This document shows positions 10,544 through 20,410 of a DNA stretch of 64,000 nucleotides, in pieces. The notes beneath the pieces were generated by a model that did not search any database, was not told the origin of the DNA, and was given only the letters and a program-made list of their open reading frames with translations. The stretch spans positions 2,144,001 through 2,208,000 of the forward strand of contig CAWDXG010000004.1 of NCBI GenBank assembly GCA_963806225.1, read 5' to 3'. The position numbers and the translations under genes were made by a program. This DNA is from an uncultured delta proteobacterium (lineage in GTDB: Bacteria; Myxococcota_A; Polyangia; Polyangiales; Polyangiaceae). Within the stretch, counting starts at the first letter, position 1. Every line of letters starts with the position of its first letter.

Positions 10544-11563
10544 ATGGCAACGAAGATCGGTATCAATGGCTTCGGGCGCATCGGCCGCTGCATTCTGCGG
10601 GCGATCCACGACAACAAGATCGACGACCTGGAAATCGTCGCGATCAACGACCTCACGGACACGAGGACCCTCGCCCACCTGTTGAAGTACGACTCGGTCC
10701 ACCGCACCTTCAAGACGGCTTCCGTCGGCCACACGGACAAGGGTCTGACCGTGGACGGTAGGGACATTGCCGTCACCGCTATCAAGGATCCCAAGGAGCT
10801 GCCGTGGAAGAGCCACGGCGTCGACATCGTGCTCGAGTGCACGGGCCTGTTCACCGACAAGAACAAAGCCATCGGCCACATCGAAGCCGGCGCGAAGAAG
10901 GTGCTCATCAGCGCCCCCGCGAAGAACCACGACCTGACCGTGGTGATGGGCGTGAACAGCGACCAGTACGACGGCTCGCAGCACGTCATCTCCAACGGCT
11001 CCTGCACGACGAACTGTCTAGCCCCGGTGGCGAAGGTGTTGCTCGACAACTTCGGCGTCGAGCGCGGCCTGATGACAACGGTGCACTCGTACACCAACGA
11101 CCAGAACCTGCTGGACCTGCCGCACCGCAAGGGCGACCTCCGACGCGCCCGCGCCGCCGCGCTCAGCATGATCCCGACCAGCACCGGCGCCGCCAAAGCG
11201 GTCGCGCAGGTCATCCCGGCGCTCGAAGGAAAGTTCGACGGCCTCGCCATCCGCGTTCCGACGGCGGACGTATCGGTCGTCGATCTCAGCGTCACGACCG
11301 AGAAGCCGATCAGCGTGGCGGCGATCAACGCCGCGATGAAGAAGGCGGCCGAGAGCGGCCCGATGAAGGGCTTCCTCTACTACACGGAGGAAGAGCTGGT
11401 ATCGAGCGACTTCATCGGCCACCCCGGCTCCAGCATCTTCGACGCCACCATGACCAAGCAGATGGGCGACCGCTTCGCGAAGGTGTTTTCCTGGTACGAC
11501 AACGAGTGGGGCTTCTCGATGCGCATGATCGACCTGGCCCGGCTCGTAGCGAAGAAGCTCTAG
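10544..11563 (+). CDS. gap: Glyceraldehyde-3-phosphate dehydrogenase type I
   Basis: [17 protein letters not shown] active site, WYDNEWG. Confidence 0.97.
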   Translation: MATKIGINGFGRIGRCILRAIHDNKIDDLEIVAINDLTDTRTLAHLLKYDSVHRTFKTASVGHTDKGLTVDGRDIAVTAIKDPKELPWKSHGVDIVLECTGLFTDKNKAIGHIEAGAKKVLISAPAKNHDLTVVMGVNSDQYDGSQHVISNGSCTTNCLAPVAKVLLDNFGVERGLMTTVHSYTNDQNLLDLPHRKGDLRRARAAALSMIPTSTGAAKAVAQVIPALEGKFDGLAIRVPTADVSVVDLSVTTEKPISVAAINAAMKKAAESGPMKGFLYYTEEELVSSDFIGHPGSSIFDATMTKQMGDRFAKVFSWYDNEWGFSMRMIDLARLVAKKL

Positions 11564-11580
11564 CCACACGGGGGGTTTTC

Positions 11581-12801
11581 ATGGCCACGACTCTTTCGGG
11601 CATCCGCTGTATCGACGAGCTCGAGCTGGAGAATCGACGCGTCTTTCTGCGCGTGGACTTCAACGTTCCGCTCGACAAGAAGACGCAGAAGATCACCGAC
11701 GACGAGCGCATCGTCGCGGCGCTGCCGACCATCCGCCATGCCATGGAGGCCGGCGCGCGGGTGATCCTGGCGTCCCATCTCGGCCGGCCGAAGGGCAAGG
11801 TCGTTCCGGAGCTCGGGCTGGAGCCCGTGGGCGCGCGGCTCAGCGAGTTGACGGGTTGGGACGTGCTCCTGCCCGACGACTGCGTCGGCGACGCGGCCAA
11901 GAAGGTCGTCAGCGACATGCGCGACGGGCAGGTCGTGCTGCTGGAAAATCTCCGTTTCCACGCCGAGGAAGAGAAGAACGACGAAGGCTTCGCACGCGAG
12001 CTGGGCTCGCTGGCGGACGTCTACGTCGACGACGCGTTCGGCGCGGCTCATCGCGCTCACGCCTCGGTCGAGGCGCTACCCCGGCTGATGCGCGAGCGCG
12101 CAATGGGCTTCCTCGTGCGCGACGAGATCACCGCGCTCGGCCGCATCACGGGCTCGCCCGAGCGGCCCTTCGTGGCCGTCCTGGGCGGCGCAAAGGTGAC
12201 GGACAAGCTCGGCGTCATCGAAGCCCTGCTCGGCAAGTGCGACGCGCTGTGCATCGGCGGCGCTATGGCCAACACGCTGCTGGCCGCGCGCGGCGCCGAC
12301 ATGAAGGCGTCGAAGATCGAGGAAGATCAGCTCGCCCTCGGCCGCACGCTGCTGGAAAGGGCGCGCGAGCGCGGGGTGGACGTGCTCTTGCCGACCGACG
12401 TGGTGGTAGCCGGAGGCCTCGACGCGACCGAGGGACGCACGGTCAAGGTCGGCGAGGTGCCCGAAGGGCAGATGGCGCTCGACATCGGCCCCGCCTCGGT
12501 GCAGGCCTTCAAGGAGCGCATCGAGAAGGCGAAGACCGTATTCTGGAACGGCCCGATGGGGCTGTTCGAGAGCGCGGCGTTCGCCGGGGGGACCGCCGGG
12601 GTCGCACGCGCCCTGACCGAATCGCGCGCCTTCACGGTGGTGGGCGGCGGCGACAGCGCCGCGGCCGTGCGCGGCCTCGGCAAGGACGTGGCCGAGCGCA
12701 TCGGGTTCATCTCGACCGGCGGCGGCGCCGCGCTCGAGCTGCTCGAGGGCAAGAAGCTGCCCGGGATCGAGGCGCTGCGCGCCCCGGGCTCCACCGACTG
12801 A
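11581..12801 (+). CDS. pgk: Phosphoglycerate kinase
   Basis: RVDFNVP, SHLGRP, LLENLRF, WNGPMG, GGGDS, STGGGA. Confidence 0.97.
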   Translation: MATTLSGIRCIDELELENRRVFLRVDFNVPLDKKTQKITDDERIVAALPTIRHAMEAGARVILASHLGRPKGKVVPELGLEPVGARLSELTGWDVLLPDDCVGDAAKKVVSDMRDGQVVLLENLRFHAEEEKNDEGFARELGSLADVYVDDAFGAAHRAHASVEALPRLMRERAMGFLVRDEITALGRITGSPERPFVAVLGGAKVTDKLGVIEALLGKCDALCIGGAMANTLLAARGADMKASKIEEDQLALGRTLLERARERGVDVLLPTDVVVAGGLDATEGRTVKVGEVPEGQMALDIGPASVQAFKERIEKAKTVFWNGPMGLFESAAFAGGTAGVARALTESRAFTVVGGGDSAAAVRGLGKDVAERIGFISTGGGAALELLEGKKLPGIEALRAPGSTD

Positions 12802-12813
12802 CGGGAGACACAC

Positions 12814-13581
12814 ATGGCACCGCGCCGACAGCCGCTGATCGCCGGCAACTGGAAGATGCACCACGGCGGCGGCTCCGGCCGCGCCCTGGCCCACGACATC
12901 GTGACCGGCTGCGGGGATCTCGCGGCGGTCGACGTGGTCGTCGCGCCGCCTTTCACGGCCCTGGCCGCCATCGCCCACGAGGTGCGCGGCAGCCGCGTCA
13001 CCGTGGCCGCGCAGAACCTCCATCCCGAGCCCAAAGGCGCCTTCACCGGCGAGGTGAGCGCGCCCATGCTGCTGGAATCCGGCTGCTCCTGGGTGATCAT
13101 CGGCCACAGCGAGCGGCGGCATCTGTTCGGCGAAAGCGACGATTTCGTCCAGCAGAAGGTCGCGGCCGCTATCGCCGCGGGCCTCAGGCCCATCGCCTGT
13201 CTGGGCGAGACCCTGGAGGAGCGTGAAGCGGGCAGGACGCTCGAAGTGGTGTTCCGGCAGCTCGACGTTTTCATCAATCATTTCGCGAACAAGCCTGCCT
13301 TCGGCGTGATGGCCTACGAGCCGGTCTGGGCCATCGGCACGGGCAAGGTGGCCACCGCCGAGCAGGCGCAGGAAGTGCACGCAGCCCTGCGCGGCCGGCT
13401 CGCCGAACGCTCCACGGAGCTGGCGCAGGGCACCCGCATCCTGTATGGAGGCAGCGTCAAACCGGACAACGCGGCCGGCCTACTCGGCTGTCCGGACATC
13501 GACGGCGCCCTCGTAGGAGGCGCGGCGCTCGATGCGGCGTCCTTCGCGAAAATCGTGGAAGCGGCGCCGTCGCAGGTCTAG
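12814..13581 (+). CDS. tpiA: Triosephosphate isomerase
   Basis: AGNWKM, GHSERR, AYEPVWAIGTG, YGGSV. Confidence 0.97.
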   Translation: MAPRRQPLIAGNWKMHHGGGSGRALAHDIVTGCGDLAAVDVVVAPPFTALAAIAHEVRGSRVTVAAQNLHPEPKGAFTGEVSAPMLLESGCSWVIIGHSERRHLFGESDDFVQQKVAAAIAAGLRPIACLGETLEEREAGRTLEVVFRQLDVFINHFANKPAFGVMAYEPVWAIGTGKVATAEQAQEVHAALRGRLAERSTELAQGTRILYGGSVKPDNAAGLLGCPDIDGALVGGAALDAASFAKIVEAAPSQV

Positions 13582-13602
13582 CCCCACACATCCGCAGTCG
13601 TC

Positions 13603-13920
13603 ATGCTCGAGCTTCTCCACACCCCCCTCCTCGTCCTGCACATCTCCGCGTGCATGTTTCTGATGCTCGTCGTGCTCCTGCAGCCCGGCCAGAGCGGCGG
13701 GCTTGGCGCGCTGACAGGCCAGGGCGCCACGCAGGTGTTCGGCGGGCGCGGCGCCGGCACGTTCCTGTCCAAGACGACCTGGGTCACCGCGACCATCTTC
13801 TTCGTCACGAGCATCACGCTGGCCTACGCGTCGTCGTCCAGCGACGAGTCGCTGCAGCAGCGCGCCAAGAGCGCGCAGCATCAGGACACGATCCCGGTCA
13901 AGGCACCGGCGAAGAAGTAG
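13603..13920 (+). CDS. secG: Preprotein translocase subunit SecG
   Basis: Two TM segments, VLLQPG..GGLG, FGGRGA..FL.K.T; conserved position after tpiA. Confidence 0.9.
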   Translation: MLELLHTPLLVLHISACMFLMLVVLLQPGQSGGLGALTGQGATQVFGGRGAGTFLSKTTWVTATIFFVTSITLAYASSSSDESLQQRAKSAQHQDTIPVKAPAKK

Positions 13921-13942
13921 CTGCCGCGGCGGCCGAGGAGCG

Positions 13943-15430
13943 ATGTCGTCCGGCAGCGGGGCCATCGCCGAGGCAACAACCCCCGACCCGACCATGACCA
14001 CGGCGACGCGCCGCGACGCACTGCTCGTCGCGGGCGCGAAGGTCCTGGTGTCGCTGGCTGTGTTGTGGACCGGTTTTCGCGCGGTCAGCGACGACGACTT
14101 CGCGCGCGTCGTGATCGCCCAGCGCTTCGCGCACGCGCCGTCGCTCGATCCGAGCGGCACAAGCTGGCTGCCGCTTCCGTTCTGGCTCAACGGCGGCGTG
14201 ATGGACGTGTTCGGCAGCAGCATCGACGTGGCGCGCGCGACGGCCTTCGTGCTCGGCATCGCCGCGGCCGTCGTGGTCCACGTCGCGGCGCGCTGGCTCG
14301 GCGCCTCGCGACGCGGCGCGCTGCTCGGCGCGCTCCTCGCGTGCTGTATCCCGTATGCGGCCTGGCTCGGCGTAGCGACGGTACCCGACTATCCGACGGC
14401 CGCGCTGATCCTCTTGGGAGCGGCGGGCGCCGCCGCGCCGCCGCGCCAGCGCTTCATCGCCTCGCTCGCGCTCGCGGCGGCATGCCTGTCGCGCTACGAG
14501 GCCTGGCCGGTCGCGGCGGCGTTCGCGCTCTTCGCCGTGTGGGACGCATTCCGCCGCCGCTCGTGGTGGTTCGGCGCAAGCGCGCTGGTGGCCGCGGCGG
14601 GGCCGCTCGGCTGGATGCTGCACGGCGTGATGGCGCACGGTGACGCGCTGTTCTTCGTCAATCGCGTGGCGGCGTACCGCCGCGCTGTCGGCGCGGCTCC
14701 CGCGTCCGTGCTGGTGCGCCTGACGGCCTTCCCGCTCAGGGTGCTGCGCTGCGAGCCGGAGGTCGCAGTGGTGTCGCTGGCAGCGCTCGGCGCGGCCGTC
14801 TCCCTCGGTCTTTCGACGGAGCTCCGCCGCTATCGCCGCGCGGGGATCCTGCTGCTCGCGTTGCTGGTGTTCCTGGTGGTGGGCGATCTGCGCGACGGCG
14901 CGCCGACGCATCACGCCGAACGCGCGGTGCTGGCCATCTGGCTCGCCGGCGCCGTGCTGACCGGCGATCTCGCCCTGCACGCCTGGAGGGCCCTCCACGG
15001 GCGCGGCCGCGGCGTGTTCACGGCGCTGCTGGTCGCGGGCGTCGCGCTCGCCACGCTGATGGTCCGGCCCTGGTTCGCCCGCCGCGACGCATTCATCGAC
15101 CGCGAGCCCGAGATCGAGGTGGGCGAAAAGGCGCGCCATGCGGTCCTTCCGCATGGCGGGCGGATACTGATCGACACGCCGGACTTCGCTTTCTACGCCA
15201 TCATCGCCGGGCTCGGCCGCCCGTCGCAGGCCGTCCCGCTCGACGATCACGACCCGCGCCACCCGCGTCCGCCCGACCCGTTCAGCTCGACGGCGACGCT
15301 GCGCGCCCGGGCCCGCGCGGCGCACGCGCGCTACCTGATCGCCACAGGCGCCCACGTGCTCTCGCTCCCGGATGCCGGCGACATCCTCGCCGGCAGCAGC
15401 CGCTACATGCTCGTCCGGCTGCGCCCCTAG
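13943..15430 (+). CDS. Polytopic membrane protein, possibly GT-C-fold glycosyltransferase-like
   Basis: Many TM helices, early acidic DDD loop, RYEAW motif. Confidence 0.5.
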   Translation: MSSGSGAIAEATTPDPTMTTATRRDALLVAGAKVLVSLAVLWTGFRAVSDDDFARVVIAQRFAHAPSLDPSGTSWLPLPFWLNGGVMDVFGSSIDVARATAFVLGIAAAVVVHVAARWLGASRRGALLGALLACCIPYAAWLGVATVPDYPTAALILLGAAGAAAPPRQRFIASLALAAACLSRYEAWPVAAAFALFAVWDAFRRRSWWFGASALVAAAGPLGWMLHGVMAHGDALFFVNRVAAYRRAVGAAPASVLVRLTAFPLRVLRCEPEVAVVSLAALGAAVSLGLSTELRRYRRAGILLLALLVFLVVGDLRDGAPTHHAERAVLAIWLAGAVLTGDLALHAWRALHGRGRGVFTALLVAGVALATLMVRPWFARRDAFIDREPEIEVGEKARHAVLPHGGRILIDTPDFAFYAIIAGLGRPSQAVPLDDHDPRHPRPPDPFSSTATLRARARAAHARYLIATGAHVLSLPDAGDILAGSSRYMLVRLRP

Positions 15431-17500
15431 AAGCAGGCCAGGAGCTGGACGACCGCATACGGGCTGAAGGCGAACTTCTGCCAACCGCCGGTGGCGGTCA
15501 GGGCGAACATGATATCCGGTCCCTTGCCCGCGCCGTCGCCCCACACCTGGTACCGGTAGATATCCGAGGTGGTCTGGATGAGGAAGTACATCGACGTTCC
15601 CTTCGTGACCTTCGGCCGGTTGGGAAACTTGAACAGGATCTTGCTCTGCTTGGCGGGAACCGCATTGCCCGTGAGCGTCGCTGTGTCGAGCAGGGTGGAC
15701 TTGCCGCCGGGCACGCCGACGTAGGCAGCCAGCGTCAAGTTACCGATCTTCAGACCCTTGACCTGCTGGGACAGCATCACCAGCGTCACGGCCGCGAGAT
15801 TCCCGTTGCGCCCCGGCACGTAGGTCACGGCCTCGGGGCTGGTGGGCGAGACGATGCCCTGGAATCCCACACTCGCGACTGTGTAGCTCATGTCGACACC
15901 GACCGTGCGGTCGTCGGACGTTCTGGCATACCGTCTTGCCGGGAGAGGTGGAGCAGACGTAGCTCGATGTGCTGCAGATGCCGCACACGGTCCCGACCGT
16001 GGGCGTCCCCTCCATGCACACCATCGACGTGCCGCTGCACTGGTAGGTGCCGCAGCTGCCGCAGGTGCCGCCCACGGTGCCCGGCAACGTGCCACAGCCG
16101 CCGCAGGCGTTGGTGTCGTCCGGCGTCTCGCACACCGTCTTGTCGGTGCCGAAGCAGACGTATTGGCTCGTGCCGCACTTACCGCACTTGGCGCCAGGCT
16201 GGTTCACGAGAGCCGTGCAGCCGCCGCAGGCGTTCGTGTCGTTCGCGTTCTGGCACGCGGTCGAGTCCTTGCCCGTACAGGCGTAGCTGCTCTTCCCGCA
16301 CGTGCCGCAGCTGGTGCCCGGCGGGTGCGACAACACCGTGCAGCCCTTGCAGGCGTTGGTGCCGGGGTCGTTGCAGACCAGGCTCTTGTTGTCGGTGGAG
16401 CACTCGAGCTGGCCGCAGCTGCCGCAGGCGCCGCCGATCGAGCCGCTGAGCGTGGTGCACGTACCGCACGCATTCACGTCGTTCGGGTTCTGGCAGGTCG
16501 TCGACAGGTTGTCGGGGGAGCAGACGTACTGCGAGGTGCCACAGGTCCCGCAGCTCGTACCGGGCGCCGGGGTCTTCACCGGGTCGCTGCACTTGGTGGT
16601 CTCGGTCGTGTCGCAGGCGTACTGGCCCGAGCCGCACACCCCGCAGGACGTGCCGGGCGGGTTTGCCAGCGTCGTGCAGCCGTTGCACGTGTTCGTGGGC
16701 GTAGCGCCACTGCACTTCAGCGCGTCGGTGCCGTTGCAGACCAGCTTGCCGCCGCAGGTACCGCAGCTGTCGCCCGGCTTGCCGGCGAGCGTGGTGCAGC
16801 CGCCGCAGAGGTTGGTACCGGGATCGTTGCAGACCAGGCTCTTGCCGTCGGTCGAGCACTCGAGCTGGCCGCAGGTCTTGCACGGGTCGCCCACCTTGCC
16901 GCTGAGCGTCGTGCACGTGCCACAGGCGTTCGTGCCCGGGTCGTTGCACACGAGCTTCGTGCCGTCGGTCGAGCACTCGAGCTGTCCGCACTGTCCACAC
17001 GGGTCGCCGACCGCGCCGCTGAGGATCGTGCACACGCCGCACTGGTTCAGACCGGGGTCGCCGCACTCGAGCTTGGTGCCGTCGGTCGAGCACTGGTACT
17101 GACCGCACTGGCCGCACAGATCGCCGGGCAGGACGCCGCCGAGGTCGGTGCAGGTACCGCAGGCGTTGACCGAGCAGGCCTCCGCGGCGGCGTCGCCGGA
17201 AGCGTCGGGCGCGGCGTCCGGCGTCGCGTCGGGCGCGGCGTCCGGCGCCGCATCGGGCCCGGCATCCGGAGTCGCATCGGGCCCGGCATCCGGCTGGGCC
17301 GCGTCGGTGCTGACATCGGGCGCTGCGTCCGGAGAAGCCTCCACATTGCCGTCTGGGCCACTTCCATCGGGCACGTAGGACCCGTCGGCTCCGTACGGGT
17401 TGCCACCGTCGGGGTGCTTCTTCGATTCCTCGGAACCGCAGGCCGGCAGAAGGATGCCGATGAACAGAAGGGACAGAAAAAGCGTACGAATACGGAACAT
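15427..17500 (-). CDS. Large Cys-rich repeat lipoprotein with C-terminal beta-rich domain; apparent frameshift near 15922
   Basis: GGAGG RBS, lipobox PAC, PDA linker, about 10 Cys-rich repeats; removing one base joins it to the frame SDDRTVGVDMSY...LLACF*. Confidence 0.7.
15950..17175 (-). repeat. Tandem coding repeats of about 40 aa (N.CG.CT.L...G..CG.CG...C......C)
   Basis: Repeated DNA such as GAGCACTCGAGCTG and GGTCGTTGCA at about 120-bp spacing. Confidence 0.8.
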
Positions 17501-17664
17501 CGATCCTCCCGGGGAGCGAAGCGAGCCGCCTCCGATTGTCGGCCCAGCCCGACTATCGGGACAAGGCTTGATCCCTGTCGATGAAAAAGGGGTCGGAGCG
17601 ATCCCTACACGACAAACCGGCTGGCCGGTTCTCAGCGGAGCAGGATTCGTGCATAATCGGGAAG

Positions 17665-18660
17665 ATGCGACGGACGCTCCTGGCTCTGCTGCTCGCCGCG
17701 CCGCTCGCGCTGTCGGCACGGAGCGCGCGCGCGACGGGCCACAAGCTGCGCATCGCGACGATGGCACCGAAGAGCTCGTCGTGGGGCAAGCTGTTCAGCG
17801 TCTGGCAGCGCGCCGTCGACAAGAAGACGCACGGCCGGCTCGCGCTCACCGTCTACTACAACGGCGTCCAGGGCAGCGACGACACGATGGTCGGCAAGAT
17901 GCGCAGCGGCCAGCTCGACGGCGCCGCGCTCACCTCGGTCGGCCTGTCCCGCATCTATCGCGACGTGATGGTGCTGCAGCTGCCCGGCGTCGTCGATTCG
18001 TGGGCGGAGCTCGACAAGGTGCGCGCGGGCCTTGGTCCCGATCTCGAGAAGGGCTTCGAGAAGAAGGGCTTCCACCTACTCGGCTGGGGCGACGTGGGGC
18101 TGGTGCGTCAGATGAGCCACGGCTTCGCGGTGCACCGCCCGTCGGACCTGCACGGCCATCACCCGGTCATGTGGCAGGGCGAACCGATGGCGCCGCTCGT
18201 CTACTCCAGCATTGGCCAGGTGGTGCCGGTCGCGCTCGGACCGATGGAGGTGCTGCCTGCCCTGCGCGCGCGCAAGGTGGACGTGGTCAACGCGCCGTCG
18301 CTGGCCGCCGAGCAGCTGCAGTGGACGCCCTACCTGGATCACATCGCGAGCACCGTCAGCGTTTGCGCCATCGGCGGAACAGTGATCCGCCAGAAGGCCC
18401 TCGACGACCTGCCCGCCGACCTCCGGAAGACCTTCTTCGAGCTCGAAGAGCGTCTGCAGAAGCTCAGCAAACACCGCGTGCGCCAGCTCGACGCCGCGTC
18501 GTACAAGCGCCTCGTCCGCCGCATGCAGGTCGTGAGCACAACCCCCGCCGATCAGGCCGCCTGGCGCAAGGTGCTGGTCCGCGCGGTCCAGCGCCTGGCC
18601 CAGGGGACGTACGACCCCGCTCTCATCAAGCGCGTGCTTGCGATCACCGGCAAGCACTGA
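17665..18660 (+). CDS. dctP: TRAP transporter substrate-binding protein (DctP family)
   Basis: LRIATMAPKSSSW, GVQGSD..MVGKMRSGQLDGA, LGWGDVG. Confidence 0.8.
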   Translation: MRRTLLALLLAAPLALSARSARATGHKLRIATMAPKSSSWGKLFSVWQRAVDKKTHGRLALTVYYNGVQGSDDTMVGKMRSGQLDGAALTSVGLSRIYRDVMVLQLPGVVDSWAELDKVRAGLGPDLEKGFEKKGFHLLGWGDVGLVRQMSHGFAVHRPSDLHGHHPVMWQGEPMAPLVYSSIGQVVPVALGPMEVLPALRARKVDVVNAPSLAAEQLQWTPYLDHIASTVSVCAIGGTVIRQKALDDLPADLRKTFFELEERLQKLSKHRVRQLDAASYKRLVRRMQVVSTTPADQAAWRKVLVRAVQRLAQGTYDPALIKRVLAITGKH

Positions 18661-18720
18661 CCCGGGGGCCTGCTCCGCAGCAATTTCGCCCCGCCCGCGG
18701 GGCCCGACTACACTCCGCGC

Positions 18721-19044
18721 GTGATCGGAAAGCTCGGCCGCCGCGCCATCGACCTCTTGGTCGTGCTGTTCGCGCTGCTCGGCTTCGCCTTCGTCCCGCT
18801 CGGAAAGCACACCGCGCTCGAGCACGTCGTGGCGATCTTCTCCACCAGCCCCGCGCGGGACGCCGGCCACGAGCTGGTCGAAGCGACGGACCGGCTGAAG
18901 CGGCAGCTGCTGGGCGGCCTTCGCAGCGACACCGTCCCCTCCGCCGAACCGCCGTCGAACGCCGCGCCCGCCCGGCGCCGACGCCAGGGCGCAGCCCGCC
19001 GCGACGCCGGCCCGCCGGACGCTAGCCTCACCTGGGCCCCGTAG
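18721..19044 (+). CDS. Hypothetical small membrane protein
   Basis: N-terminal TM helix, FVPLGKHTALEH; TACACT 6 nt before the GTG. Confidence 0.6.
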   Translation: MIGKLGRRAIDLLVVLFALLGFAFVPLGKHTALEHVVAIFSTSPARDAGHELVEATDRLKRQLLGGLRSDTVPSAEPPSNAAPARRRRQGAARRDAGPPDASLTWAP

Positions 19045-19099
19045 GCCCCGCTTCCCACGCCATAACTCGCCGCCGCGGGCGGCGCAGTACCAGGCCCGC

Positions 19100-20410
19100 C
19101 TACGGCAGCGCGGTGCGGTGCACCACAACGGGGCTGCCGACGGGACCGGTCGGGCCCTGATCGCTGATCACAAAGGTCGTCGTCGCATCAGGCGTCACGG
19201 AGGTGGTGAACGTACAGCTCATGCGCGTCCCGACGAAGGGCGTCAGCACGTTCACCCCGATCGCGTCGGTGGGCGCGCGGTTGTACAGCTGGCTGTACGT
19301 CACGTCGCTCTCCGCGCTCACCGGCAACAGGTTCGAATTGGTCAGCAGGTCCGGCATCTCGCCGACCCCGTCGCCACCGCTCAGGACGACGATCACGCCG
19401 CCCGCCCGCGCGAAGGCGTCCAGCGACGTGGCCCACGCGGTGCCAGCGGACCCGAGCGCGCCGGCCGGCGCGTTTGGCTGGTCGTAGACGAGGAACACGT
19501 CGTAGTCGAGCACGTTGAGCTTCTGTGAAACGCCGGCCACCGTGCTGACCGATGTGATGTTGTAGCTGCGACCGCGGGCGGCGGCGGCCCAACCGATGGT
19601 CTGGTCGACGCGCTGGCGCACGTTGCTCTGGACGTACTGGTCGTAGGCGAGGATGCGCATCGGGTTGGCGAACGGCAGGAACACCGCATTGCCCAGCAGC
19701 ACCGTCTGCGACGAAGTCTGGAAGTTCTGCTGGTAGCTCATGCAGGCAGCGACGATGTGCCCCGCCTTCGCGCCCACGCACTTGCCGCCCTGGCAGAGCC
19801 CGGTCGGGCACACCTTGTTGCAGGACCCACAGTGCTTCGGGTCGCTGTTGGTGTCGACGCACTGGCTACCGCATTTCACCAGCGGCGCCGTGCAGAACGG
19901 CACGCACGCATAGCCGCCGTCGGACGGTGAACAGATCGGCGCAGCCGCCGTGCACTTCGTGTTGCAGTCGCCGCAGCGGCCCGGCTCGTTGTACGGCGGA
20001 GTGCACGCCCCGCCCTCGCCGCCGTCCGCGTTGCCGCCACCGTCGGCGTCCGGATTGCCGCTGTCGCCCGCGTCGGGATGGCCAGCATCGCCGGCGTCGG
20101 GCTTGCCGCCGTCGCCGCTCGTGACGTTGGCGTCGCCGCTGTCGGTCGGCGCCGCGTCCGCGTCGCGGCCGCCGTCCACGCCGCCCTCCGCCGCGCTGCC
20201 ACAGCTGCCCGAGACGCACTGCACGCCCGCCGCGCACGCATGGCCGCAGCTGCCGCAGTGTGCGTGATCGGTCGAGATATCCACGCACTGGCCGCCGCAC
20301 GTGGTGAGCCCCTCGCGGCACTTGCCCCCAACGACGCCCGTCTCCGTGCACGCCAGCGGCAGCAGCAAGGCGACCGCCAGGGCGAGCAGCAACACGCGCA
20401 GCCCTCTCAC
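19100..20410 (-). CDS. Cys-rich lipoprotein with myxobacterial CVD...D..HCG.CG..C repeats
   Basis: Lipobox LAC; CGGQCVDISTDHAHCGSCGHAC and CGSQCVDTNSDPKHCGSCNKVC; start overlaps the upstream stop (GTGA). Confidence 0.75.
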   Translation of the reverse strand: MRGLRVLLLALAVALLLPLACTETGVVGGKCREGLTTCGGQCVDISTDHAHCGSCGHACAAGVQCVSGSCGSAAEGGVDGGRDADAAPTDSGDANVTSGDGGKPDAGDAGHPDAGDSGNPDADGGGNADGGEGGACTPPYNEPGRCGDCNTKCTAAAPICSPSDGGYACVPFCTAPLVKCGSQCVDTNSDPKHCGSCNKVCPTGLCQGGKCVGAKAGHIVAACMSYQQNFQTSSQTVLLGNAVFLPFANPMRILAYDQYVQSNVRQRVDQTIGWAAAARGRSYNITSVSTVAGVSQKLNVLDYDVFLVYDQPNAPAGALGSAGTAWATSLDAFARAGGVIVVLSGGDGVGEMPDLLTNSNLLPVSAESDVTYSQLYNRAPTDAIGVNVLTPFVGTRMSCTFTTSVTPDATTTFVISDQGPTGPVGSPVVVHRTALP

